Shown one piece after another: positions 1 through 11,611 of a stretch of 64,000 nt of DNA. Position numbers and translations under genes: made by a program. The notes beneath the pieces are model-generated. The model made no database searches. It was not told the DNA's origin and saw nothing but the letters and a program-made list of their open reading frames with translations. The stretch is from Paraspadella gotoi (Eukaryota; Animalia; Chaetognatha), in NCBI GenBank assembly GCA_051294375.1, contig CM119269.1, positions 18,178,410 through 18,242,409 on the forward strand, written 5' to 3'. Within the stretch, counting starts at the first letter, position 1. Every line of letters begins with the position of its first letter.

Positions 1-48
1 TAGAGAATCGCTTTCTACGAAATCATATATATATATCAACGACCAAAA

Positions 49-478
49 GCTGAAGCCAAATTTACCCTGCGAGACGGCGACGAGGCCGGCGATCACGGCG
101 AACACCAACGAATTCATCTTTTCTCAGAAATGGAGGAAAACGGGATTTTTGGAAGCAACAGGTATTTGAGCAGTGGCGAGACCGGCACCCGACCCGAGCT
201 TTTATAATGGAATAGCCTCGTTGTTGTTGTTGTTGTTTTGGTGGTCGATCACAGTGCATTGTGTCCTCAAGATAAGATATTGCTGGAATCGCTGGCAAAA
301 ATTTAAAGAAAATAAAAAGAACTTCTCACGTCTAAATCAGACTAAGTCAATCCAAAGGACGATGAAAACTTTGGATAACAATTTAAGCCTTTCTTTGGTG
401 ACTCCGATAAAACCATGTTTATCTGAATATTTATCCGACATTTTATTCGAACAAACGGTTAGAAAATCACTGTGCTGA
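49..478 (+). CDS. Possible terminal exon of an upstream single-pass membrane protein (partial, frame uncertain)
   Basis: GC-rich coding-like stretch. A hydrophobic run (SLLLLLFWWSITVHCVL) is followed by a basic tail (KIRYCWNRWQKFKENKK) and TGA at 476-478. The frames do not join cleanly and no family was recognised. Confidence 0.3.
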
Positions 479-639
479 ACCGTCTCTCTCTTCAAACATA
501 GCTGACTAAGGGAATACAAGATTTTTAAAAAAGAAAAGATCTCAATTTGAAGATTAGAATTGTTCGACCGACAATGCCCTTTAGATCTGGTGACTTATAC
601 ATCGAAGTGATCAAGATTGTAATTTAAGTATAATAAAAG

Positions 640-1070
640 ACAAGCTTTCACCTGCCTATTTTTTTTAAAGAGAGAGACCATATTTCATTTTTAATTACGT
701 TTTTATTATATTCACCGGTTTTTGCTGGCAGCTTCTTTCGAATGTTAAAAAAATTCAAATTGGCCAATAACATGATGTTTAATGATTAATGATTTAATTT
801 AATTTAATTTAATGATTGTCTGACTCCAACCGACGGTGAACTTGCCTCTTTTTTTGCGCCGAATCAGATTTTTTTTTCATATCGGACATCACGATAGTGG
901 GAATGCGCAGGTTATTAGATATTTCTCTCAAGATTGAATTAAAAGTTTGCGAGGTAGATTGAATTAATCCTATCAATAGTTTATACTGTGTATAATGAAT
1001 ATACGAAGAAACGCAGGCAAAAAAGAAAAAAAAGTATGGTATTAGCATAAAAAAAAATTTGTAGTCCACA
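640..1070. repeat. Dispersed repeat family R1, copy 1
   Basis: 640-900 is repeated at 1375-1590 (agcttcacctgcctattttttt...aaaaattcaaattggcca...acggtgaacttgcctc...gaatcagattttttt...catatcggac). 907-1070 is repeated at 4136-4285 (caggttattagatatttctc...aatgaatatacgaagaaacgcaggcaaaa...gtagtccaca). Confidence 0.85.
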
Positions 1071-1374
1071 TGACCTAACTAAAAGACCAAGGCATAGGCA
1101 TAGATTTAAAAAAAAAGTAAGTTGAAGAGATTTTGAAGAGTGAGTGGTTAATGGGTACTTGGGAAGATGAACAAAAAGGTTAACTAGAAAATATACATGA
1201 AATAAAAAAAAACTTGATAAGAAGAGAAAAATGATGCAAATTTGTTTGGGGTTTTTATAATGTTATTGAGAAATAATATTTTCAGTGATATTTGACATGC
1301 ATTTTTATAAGCTTATCTTATGGAAACAACATGAGTTGACAGAAACCATATTCTTAACTTTGCTTTAACAAGCT

Positions 1375-1590
1375 TTCAGCTTCACCTGCCTATTTTTTTA
1401 AAGATACGGGAGACCATATTTTATTACATCCTTATTATATCCACCGGTTTTTGAATGTTAAAAAAATTCAAATTGGCCATAAACATGAGTTTTAACGATT
1501 GTCTGACTCCAAGCAACGGTGAACTTGCCTCTTTTTTTTTGCACCGAATCAGATTTTTTTTCATATCGGACTTAACGATAGCGGACGTAT
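1375..1590. repeat. Dispersed repeat family R1, copy 2
   Basis: Diverged direct copy of 640-900. Confidence 0.85.
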
Positions 1591-1774
1591 CAGACAAATC
1601 AAAGGTTGAACAAACCACATTTTGCTATTTCAGCTTCAATAGTATCATCATTAAAACCATATTATTTTGTTAATGATGTCGATTACAGAAATTAACATTA
1701 AGAAATTATTTATCATGTTGTAGCGGTAGTATTTCATACCTCGCTACTCGTCTGAGAATCCGCATCACCTATGG

Positions 1775-1912
1775 CGCCGGAGTTAGAATGAGCTCCTCCC
1801 AACCCAAAAGACTCGGGTTCGCGCCCAGCTGATTTACAGAAGTAAAAGCGGGACGGGGCCTCCAACCCACCTGTAATGACGCACTACATCCCGAACCGAA
1901 GTTCGAGACCTT
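1775..1912 (-). ncRNA. Structured RNA-like element, copy B (homologous to 23600-23756)
   Basis: The minus strand folds into TCTCGAAC-TTCG-GTTCGGGA, TGTAGTG/CATTACA, AACCCGAG/TTTGGGTT and GGAG...CTCC stems. It shares TACAGGYGGGTT, CCCCGTCCC and TTTGGGTTGGGAGG, in the same order, with the copy at 23.6 kb. Confidence 0.5.
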
Positions 1913-3091
1913 GTGTGCAACGGCCGGTGAACTGTTCGCGGCATCGTCTTCCACAATGTAGATATTTTAAAATCTAAACAAATTAATAAAATATATATAT
2001 ATATATATAATATTATATATATATATCTCATAGATTTCTTTTCTTCTTGCTCCTCCCAGTTCTCCCCGTCGTTATCATGGCCGTTTTAATTTTTTTCCCC
2101 AATTAAAATTCATGACTATTTTTTGGCCGTTTTGATTGTGTGTTTTATCAATGCTACCCGCATGATTTTTCCCAGCTGAATGTGTATAAAAATAAATTGT
2201 TAAAAATGATAGCGTTTGAATAAATTGATACTAATCTTTAGTTTTAATTTTACACTTTCTCTGAGTCAGTCTTATCAACCGTGTCAGTACTTATGTCAGA
2301 GGCCAAACTTATTTTGATTTTTTTTTCACTTAAGTAAATTTACTCAGTTTAAAACTATTTTTTTGGAAACATAAAAAAAACAAAACAAAAAAAAACAGAT
2401 CGGGAATGTCGTCGACTAGATTTACATACAAGCCAACGCAAAATATATTATAACTACTTGTTACTTGGGCTAAACAAAATGCAAGAATTATGAAACATGA
2501 ATAATGAAAAAAATGGATTATTAATTCTTTAGTAATCCTTTCAGAATTCAGATACTAAATGTAGATAACTTTTTTTTAAAACTCACATCAACAATCAAAG
2601 AGCCTCGAAAACATTTAACTTTCTCACCCTGAGAACGAACTTGCATTGCCTCTTGTTTGTAACTATGAAGACTTAAGTAAGCGCTAAAAATGAAAATGTG
2701 ATGGAGGCCTATCCCTCTCGAAACAGCTCTTTGACATCCTCCGTCATCGGTTGGTAAAGAAGACTCGAAAGCTTGAAACGGGATCGAACCCGACGACCAG
2801 GCCTTGACAAAGACTCAAGCGAGGTCGACTAGAGAGGGTCAGACGAATTGGGGGAAAGAGTCTGAGGACTGAAGCAAGTGAAGCATCGAAATCTCGTATC
2901 GTTAAAACCTTGAGAAATCAAAACCGGTTCTTTATTGCAAAAACCTCCTCAGCAAGAAGGCGACTATCTGTTACAAAAATCTTTCCATTAAGTTTTTCAA
3001 CAAAAATTAAAAAAAAAAAATTAAGAATTGACGTAAATTAGAAGGGAAATCATCATCTTAACAAAAACATTCTTTTACCTCTCGCGTCTTC

Positions 3092-5208
3092 ATGTCGAAA
3101 GATAAAGAGGGACACGTCAACGGCGGTTTCGCCGGCGATAAGAATGAGTCTGAAGAGTCGCTGGCGTCCCCGGCGTGGCCCGCGCGCCTCCGCGGCGTCC
3201 GTCGTCGCGTCGAAGTCGCCCTCTGTCTCAACGTCATCAATATCATCCTCGTAGTCGTCGCCGTTGTCATCCTCGCTTATCTCGGATGGAGAAAGGAGAT
3301 GGGCGGGGAATCGAGCGGGACCACCGGCGCTCGTACGACTCCAACGGCGCCGGGCACTCCAGCGGCGTCGCCGACTCCAACGACGTCGACCGCTAAACCT
3401 TGGATGGGCGTGGCTTTCGAACCGAACGCGAAGATCTACGACAAGGGCGAATTTTGTGTCCCGGAAAAGGCGAGGGTTGGGGCGTGGTTGTTTTTCGATC
3501 GTATAACTTGAAAAGAACTTGGCATTAGAAACGAGAGAGAGCATCTGCGCGGGATGAATGCGTATATTAAAACCCAAAAAACTGAGATGAACTACATCAA
3601 TGTAAGCCCGTTTTTAACCACCAGGTGATTCCAGTTTGCAACGTCTCTCAACCTTACCGCACGATCGACGGTTCTTGCAATAACTTCAAGTATCCGCTAT
3701 GGGCGCGTCCGACGCTCCCCTTCTGCGTCTCAGAACCGCAAGATACGCGGATAACGTGAGCCTCTTCTTTAATGACAAAAAAACTGTTGTACCCAGAACA
3801 ATGACAATGTGGGAGAACAATGACGACAATGGCATTTGCATGAATGACGCAGAGATAGAGAGATATTTGCGTAAATATGATTTGATCCGAATGTTCCAGA
3901 TTATTAAATTAGTATGAGGAAATTTTTTTTTTATCATGTTACACAGTTCAAGTTAAGATTCCGACCACATTGATTTCAGAAAAAAGAACCGCTGGTTGGA
4001 ATCACGAGATGAAAAAGTATCCGACCGCTCGTGAGCTCAGCGTCAATCTTCTCAAAACGAAGGGTATTCGTTTGGATGAGGTGAAGTAACATTCAATAAA
4101 CTAATACATTCCTAGTTATAAGAAGTTGGGATACTCAGGTTATTAGATATTTCTCGGAAGATTGTTTTAAAAGTTTGCGAGGTATATTGAATTAACCCTA
4201 ACAAAAGTTTATACGGTGCATAATGAATATACGAAGAAACGCAGGCAAAAATTAAAAAAAACAAACAAACATTTCGTAGTCCACAAAACCAAGCTTTGCC
4301 ATGGATTTCCTTTTAATATATTTTTTTTAAAAATGAAAATCGCTTTTAAATGAAATTCCGCAACTTTGTTCTGGCAGACGATGACCCATATGGTGATGAC
4401 GTTCGGTCAGTTTCTCTCTCACGACACCGACTTGACGCGCCATCTCGCGCAGCGACCGGGAATGATGAATTTTCCGGAAAAAGTAATATTGATTCGTTTG
4501 TGATTTTATTGATACTCTATTTATATTGATTTTACGATCAGTATAGTATACTTTTTCATTGATTAATGGAATGGAATGGTGGTTTTTGAACCGTTATTTT
4601 TCTACACTACTCTACTTTCCCTTTACAAAATGCTTTTTATTTGATGCAACGGTATATCAGATAAACTTCCGCATCTCTCATTTTGTCTCTCACTTCATCT
4701 CTCTCCTCCCCGCTAGCTGCCTTTGCTTTTTCTTCAGGCCTGCAAGTCCGGCTGCCTCAAACGATTCCCCTGCTTTCCCATTGCTCTCGAGGCCTCCGAT
4801 CCCCGCAGCATCTCCGGACAAAAGTGCGTCCACTTCGTCCGCAGCATCGTGCAGTGCGGCGGCGACGACGCGCCGCTGCAGCAGGTTGACTGGATTGTGG
4901 TCGTAGGGGTTAGAATAAAATGAAAAGAAAAGTTGGAATCAATATCGTGAGATGTAGAATGATAAGAAACATCATTCGAAATCTCTTTGGCCTCATTTAG
5001 TCAACAGTAGGTTTCTGGGCTCACGCACCTGTTAATAATTAACGTAATTTTTTAGGGAAAAAATCCAACGCAGATTCACTCGACCCCCTCTTGATCGACG
5101 ACATTCCAGTTAAAAAAAAAACAAAAACTAATAATTTTTTTTTCAGTCGGTAATTCCTGTCAATCATGACATTCGTTTCTAACCTCACTTGGCAAACATT
5201 TATTGACC

Positions 5209-5245
<37 letters not shown>

Positions 5246-5319
5246 ATTCCGGTATTTATTTTTATTTCCCTGATTCTTTTTTTCTCTTTATCTCTTTCTC
5301 TCTTTCTTTCACCCTATTA

Positions 5320-5394
<75 letters not shown>

Positions 5395-5406
5395 CTCCTC
5401 CTCTCT

Positions 5407-5448
<42 letters not shown>

Positions 5449-7974
5449 CTCTCTCTCTTTCTCTCTCTCTCTCTAATCTTCCCAATCTGCAAGCAGAAAA
5501 ACCACGGAAGCATCAATTTCACAATCTCTTTTCGTTAGTTAATATTTTGTTAATAATCATCTTAAAGTTATCTTATTATCTCATTATCTTATTAGTTATT
5601 TCTTACTGTAACATTTTAAAATTGCTATTTTACAAGGTCAACGAAATCACCTCCTACGTCGACGCCTCCACCGTCTACGGGTCCAAACCGGCCCAGCAAG
5701 CCGCCCTTCGCGCCCCCGACGGCACGCTCTTGACCAGTTTCACCACCCTTTATCCCAAGGGTCTCTTGCCCCTGGCGAGCACCTCGAAGGGCTGCAGTCC
5801 GTTGCCGGGCAAAGGCGGCCCCGAACGGCTGGTCGACGTGCCCTGCTTCCTGGCTGGCGACGGTCGCGTCAACGAGCACGTCACCCTCACGGCCGTGCAT
5901 ACCATCTTTCACCGAGAGCACAATCGCGTCGCTGCGGTGTTGAGGGGTCTCAATCCAGGGTGGTCCGCGGACAAAGTTAGTTTTCGGTATTTTCTTGTTT
6001 GACGGGATGGTCCGCAGTATAATCTAATTTAAATTTACTGTTAATATATTAAGCGAATCAGTTATTTATCCAATGAATGACTATTTAAAAAAAATTACAT
6101 TTTGCCATAAGTTTACTACTATTATCTCAACAGCTTTTCGAGGAGACAAAAAAGATCGTGACAGGCGAGATGCAACGCATCGCCTACAACGAGTATTTCC
6201 CTCTCGTCTTCGGATCCGCGATGCAACGAGATTTAGGCGACTACAACGGGTAACTTATACTTAACACCATCGCAGGAGTTTCGAATCCAGATTGGTCAAG
6301 CATGGAACCGGAATCGACCAATCCGCTTGCAAGAACGATGGAACTGTCAAAATCACTCTTGCTTCTGATCCTTTCTCTCAGATATAAATAGACTTAGCTT
6401 TCCTTAGTTTCAGTAGCATTGAACAAGACTCCTGCGTGTGTCTCACCGTCATCGTTATTCTAGGAATAAAATCTCATCTTGATTTCGAAAGATTTCGAAA
6501 GAAATCCATGAGTATTTCCTTAAATGTGGTGACAGGACTTCTGGGCAAGACTCACCAGTCACCACACAATACTGCTTTTGGGTCAATAGCGAAATACATT
6601 CCCCTCCCCACGATCGATGCAGCACACATTCGTACAATCCCGATTTCGACGCTTCAACATCAAACGCTGCAGCCACAGCAGCCTTCCGTTTCGGTCACGG
6701 CCAGATCCACCCTTTCGTCCACCGTCTCGACAAAGACTTCAACGAGATTGATCAGGTGATAAAAATGCATAAAGTTCTCTCTATTTTTTTTTTCTTTTCT
6801 TTTTTTTTTAAATCTTGCTGATCCTTCCTTTATTTTATAGTTATCGTTGTTTATTTTTTTTTTAAGCTTTAAACAATTAAACAATTAACAATAAAAATCG
6901 TTGTATTGGCAAAACATTAAACCTTTATCAGAAACCCATGTTCATCGTTGACACTTTCTTCGCGCCCTACCGCATCTTCGAGGCCGGGGGCATCGACCCC
7001 TTTCTCCGCGGCCTCTTCCACTCGGTGGGCAAAGATCTGCGACCGGATGGCCTCCTGGCGGACGGTGGTAATTGAGCGTCTCTGGGAGCAGACGGAGGAG
7101 GTGGCGCTTGATCTTGGCGCCGTCAATTTGCAGCGCGGGCGAGATCACGGGCTGGCTTCTTTCGTGGAATACAGGAGGTAAAGCTGTTGGGGGGGGAGGG
7201 GGGCGGTTGGGTGAGGGGGTGAAGTTGGAAGACGATAACACCGACGATGATTAATTGAATGATTGATTGATTATTTATTTGATTAAATTATTTATTAATT
7301 AATTATTTTATTGATTGATAAATCAATTGCTTGATTTCCTGCTTAATCACAAAATTCTTTACACAAACACAATATTTCTAGTCAATTTCTTTCTTCGCAG
7401 ATTCTGCCATCTCTCGGAGCCTAAAGACTGGGTCCAGTTGGAGACGGTGATGTCGAAGATGAACGTCATGAAGCTGAAGGAGCTCTACGCGGACGTCGGA
7501 GATATTGACCTCTGGATCGGCGGGATGCTGGAGCCACAGTCCGGGGACGCCCTAATTGGCGAGACCTTTCTCTGCATCATGATGGACGCTGCTAAAAGAT
7601 GGAGAGATGGGGATAGGTTAGTTTGAAGGGGTGTTTGAATGTAACGAATGTATGGGCTAAACTTAAAACCTTCCCCAGAATACCCTAGTCAGTTTTTCTC
7701 TACAGTTTCCTTTCTAGTCTAAGGATTAGAGTAAAATTTCGCTCAGTTGATAAAAGACAATTCATGTTTCAGGTTCTGGTACGAGCGCGATGGAATCTTC
7801 ACCCCTGACCGACTCACCGAAGTCCGCAAGAGCACCTTGGCGCGGATCCTTTGCGACAACGGGGACGACATCGATCGGGTGCCCGTGAATCCTTTCCGTC
7901 TCACGCCACTCACCGAGATGACGTCGTGCGAAAAAATTCCTTCCATGAATCTCACTCTCTGGAAAGAGAACTGA
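3092..7974 (+). CDS. Animal heme peroxidase (peroxidase-cyclooxygenase superfamily) with N-terminal TM helix and Thr/Pro stalk; about 11 exons, about 3 apparent 1-nt frameshifts
   Basis: Approximate exons and motifs: 3092-3469; 3625-3755 (YRTIDGSCNN); 3980-4080 (PTARELS); 4378-4482 (FGQFLSHDTDLT, distal His); 4738-4883 (PCFPI...CVHFVRS); 5637-5975 (ITSYVDAS, GDGRVNEH, FHREHNR); 6134-6249; ~6590-6755 (AAFRFGH, proximal His); 6932-7177 (NLQRGRDHG); 7401-7616 (DIDLWIGG, DGDR); 7773-7974 (FWYE...ILCDN). Confidence 0.93.
4136..4285. repeat. Dispersed repeat family R1 fragment in a peroxidase intron
   Basis: Diverged direct copy of 907-1070. Confidence 0.85.
5210..5473. repeat. (TCTG)n and (CT)n microsatellites
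   Basis: Directly visible. Similar (CT/GA)n tracts occur at ~10665-10750, 11392-11608, 14720-14772, 17945-18060, 31567-31615, 33364-33436, 35166-35527, 37425-37480, 41578-41644, 47482-47585, 61751-61840 and 63220-63395. Confidence 0.97.
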
Positions 7975-8961
7975 TAGTGATGATTTTGAGAAGGACAATT
8001 AAACTGCGTTTTGCCTTCAGCCCCCGGTAGAGCCAATCTTCTCGGTAGATGGGGTGGGTCAAAAATTTCAGTTTAAATCCTTGTTTTTATGTGTTAAACC
8101 GACTCTACGTACCTCAGTGATAATTTTTTTTTTTATTCTGAAATTTGAATTTTTTTCTTATTTCTAGTAACAGATTTAAATATCTCATAAAAAGTGGTTG
8201 GAAAAAACTTTTTTTGTAATATTTAGTTTAAATGTATTAAAATAATATTTTAATTTTCGTAACAACTATTGTTTTGTTCCACTTTTTAGGCTTTATCAGA
8301 ATTTATTTAAAAAAAAATTAAAGATAAAAAATTTGACTGTGACAAAATAACAAAATAACGAATTTTTAAAGTTAAACCTTTACATTTGAATTTTGGTGGC
8401 TGGCTCTACAGTCTACACCCGGCGGCCTTCGTTCGCATGCTTCTGCTTATACTAAAGCTAACTAATAGCTAATACTCGCCTAATTTTAAGCTTTGCATAT
8501 GTATATTCGTATTTTCTGAATCCATTCCGCATCTAAGAATATTTTTATGTATGTAATTTATGTATTTTGGTTTTTATCAATTGCTCTTGCCAGTTACCAT
8601 TTGCAATAAAACCTCTGCAATTACTCTTTTTTCCCACTAAATTTAGAATAACTCAATTGTATGCGAGCCTTCGCGTCGGCTTAACCGTTATCCAACGGTA
8701 CCATTTATTTCAGCTTCTGCTTTGCGCTTTTATCTGTTGGTGACTCTAAGTGACAGTTGCTGATACTGAAATGAGAAAATTTAATTTCTGGAAGAGCAAA
8801 TATGTACCACAATTTTAAAGTTTGTTCACATTTATTATCCGTCAAAAGTTCGCAGAAATAATCGTACAAAACAAAACATACAATTGATCAATATGTCCAA
8901 ATTTAAATTAATTTAAAGACAGGAATGATACGAGAAAAACAGATCGGCTTCATTTATTTCA

Positions 8962-10691
8962 CTAAATCACTGTTCTCAACCCGAAATCCGATCCGCCATC
9001 AAATTCGGACTCCCCATTGCCAAGTCCGGATTCCGCGCTGCCAAATCCGGAATCCAAACTCCCTTCAGTAAATATCCCGGCGGCGGCGACGTCGGTCCCA
9101 ACGCACCCGTTTCCGCCCGGCGTGGAAAGTGTCACGTCCCCGGCGCTGCAAGTCAAAACGGCGCCGCCCGCGTCGAGTTTCTCGGATCTGTCCAATCTGG
9201 GGAATCAATCGATGCGACCTCGTTAGTTATCTCTGTCTCTCTCTCTCTCCTTCTCTTTCTCTTACTCTTTCTCTCTCTCCGAGAACAAGCGAAATTAGGA
9301 CTGTAGGTTTTGACCCTTTTGTTTCTATCGAAACAATCGTGAGACTCTTACACATCAGTGATAAGTACGCAAGCGTTTAACTGCTCTCAGTTTTCAACTT
9401 TTTCTTCTACGACCCTGGCTACCGCTGTACTTTATCTACCCCCGTACTGAAACAATTTTTGAGCTTTTCACTCTCTCACATTACGATGGACCGATAACTC
9501 ATTATCAAACAATCGGTCAATCAAAACATTTTTAGTTAACCGCAACTGCCAAGAACATCACTTTTTCTGACAAGCCTTTCGCTGGATCTATTTGCAAAAC
9601 ATTGCTTCGGTAACTCGGTCAAAACTTCGCTGTTTTTACCTTTCAATCACAGCCTCTTGTTCCGATTCGCAGCTTTCTTCTTCGAGTATTGGCGTCCATA
9701 TTCTCGTGAGAGGTTTGGGAAGCCCTGACAAAAAAAAGAGGGAGAGAGAGATAGTGAGAGATATTAAAAGACGTAGATTATTAAGCGTCACGCAAACAAT
9801 AAGAAGAGATTGCCCTACTTAGATGCAATATCTAATGTTTCAGTAAGTAATTTTGTAGTTTGACCTATTTTCAATCATCAAAAGAGAGAGAAAAAAAAAT
9901 CATGAGTGTACTGAGAGAGAAATTAGAAAGTCTCGTAAGAAATCAGAGGCTGAAGAGATAAGCACAAGTGGTGACGGGAGGGAAAGGTTGGAATTGTGAA
10001 AATTACCAGAGACGATGGAACGATGATTGAAGTGAGGGGCGTCGTCGTCGTCGTTATTATCGTCATCGGAATCGAAGTCATTGTCGTTCAAATTAAAATA
10101 CGGAGTTTGTGACAGAAAGGAGGATTGATGAGATCTTCGTGATGGAGAGGACGGTCGATTGGAATGGAATGATGGAAAGGACTGGTGATAAAGGGGAGAC
10201 GTCAAAGGATTCGATCCGATTCTATCCGCAAATCTGTCTGTCAGTGAACGTCGAGACTTCAGAGGGAATCGGGGCGGAGAATTAACAAAAGGAGACGAAG
10301 GAGAGGTGGGCCGCGCGACTAAAGATCCTGCGAAGGGTGTTGGATAAACTGGATCGTCTGTTGGAGTTAAAGAATAGGATGGAGAGACGGAACGGCTCGG
10401 AGAGACGACCGGAAGAGGTGATGGAAGCGACGGAGAGTTAAAGATGTGATCGTCGTCAAAGTTGTCGTCGTGAGCCTTGAGTTGAAAAAAATTTCAGTTT
10501 AATACCGAAGTGATTAAGTTAGTCTAGATAACGGAGAGAAATAATGAAATGAATTAATTTTGTATCTCTAAATAGTAAACGGAATATGGGAAAGATGCTC
10601 GACGGGAAAAAAAAAGACATTTCTTCAGCAAAAAGAACGATAATTAATGAAATAATGTTGCCCTCTCTGTCTGTCTGTCTGTCTGTCTATA

Positions 10692-10771
<80 letters not shown>

Positions 10772-11410
10772 TCCTCTCTCCGCATTACCTCCTTTCCGCT
10801 TTCCTTGACCCTTTGCTTCGCTGCCCGATCTTGGGGCAGCGGCGGAAGCGTCGGCGGCGCCGGCTGAATTAGCGGCGTTGGCTGCAACGGCGGTGCTGGC
10901 GCAATTAGCGAAGTTGGCGTTGTAGGCAAATCGAAGTCTTCTTCGTCTTTGCGGGTTTCCTTTCTGGCGGTTAAAGCCACCCCGCCGTTGAAGATTCGGC
11001 GCCGCCAAGAATGATCCTTCGACGGGCGATTCCGACGGAGCAACGGCGTCGTTTGCGGCGGCGTTGCCAGTACCGGCAAAGACTTGGGCAGTGTCGGTAA
11101 ATACGGCGGAGGTGGGATCGTCAAGGAAGACGGCAAAGACGGTGGCGGGCGCGTCGGCGGGAGCGGCGGCGTTGGTAAGTTCCTGTGCGTCGGAGGCGAC
11201 GGCGTCCGACTTCGAGTCGATTCTGGCGAAAGCGGCGATTTGCTGCGAGACGGCGGCGGCTGCTGAAGCCGATTCGAAAACGTCGCATCGTCGTCGTCTT
11301 CCTCCTCGTCGTTGTCATCATATCCCAACAACTTGAGCAAGTCGTTTTTCCGCCTAAATGTTTTGCTTAAAGTTGGAAACTTTGCCTCTGTCTCTCTCTC
11401 TCTCTCTCTC

Positions 11411-11482
<72 letters not shown>

Positions 11483-11521
11483 TTATGCACAAAATTATCT
11501 TTGCTTATTTTTAATTTCTTT

Positions 11522-11611
<90 letters not shown>

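Noticed and set aside
5203-5538. ORFs rich in SLSLSL/ERERER here and at many other positions
   Set aside because: These are translations of intronic (CT/GA)n microsatellites, not genes.
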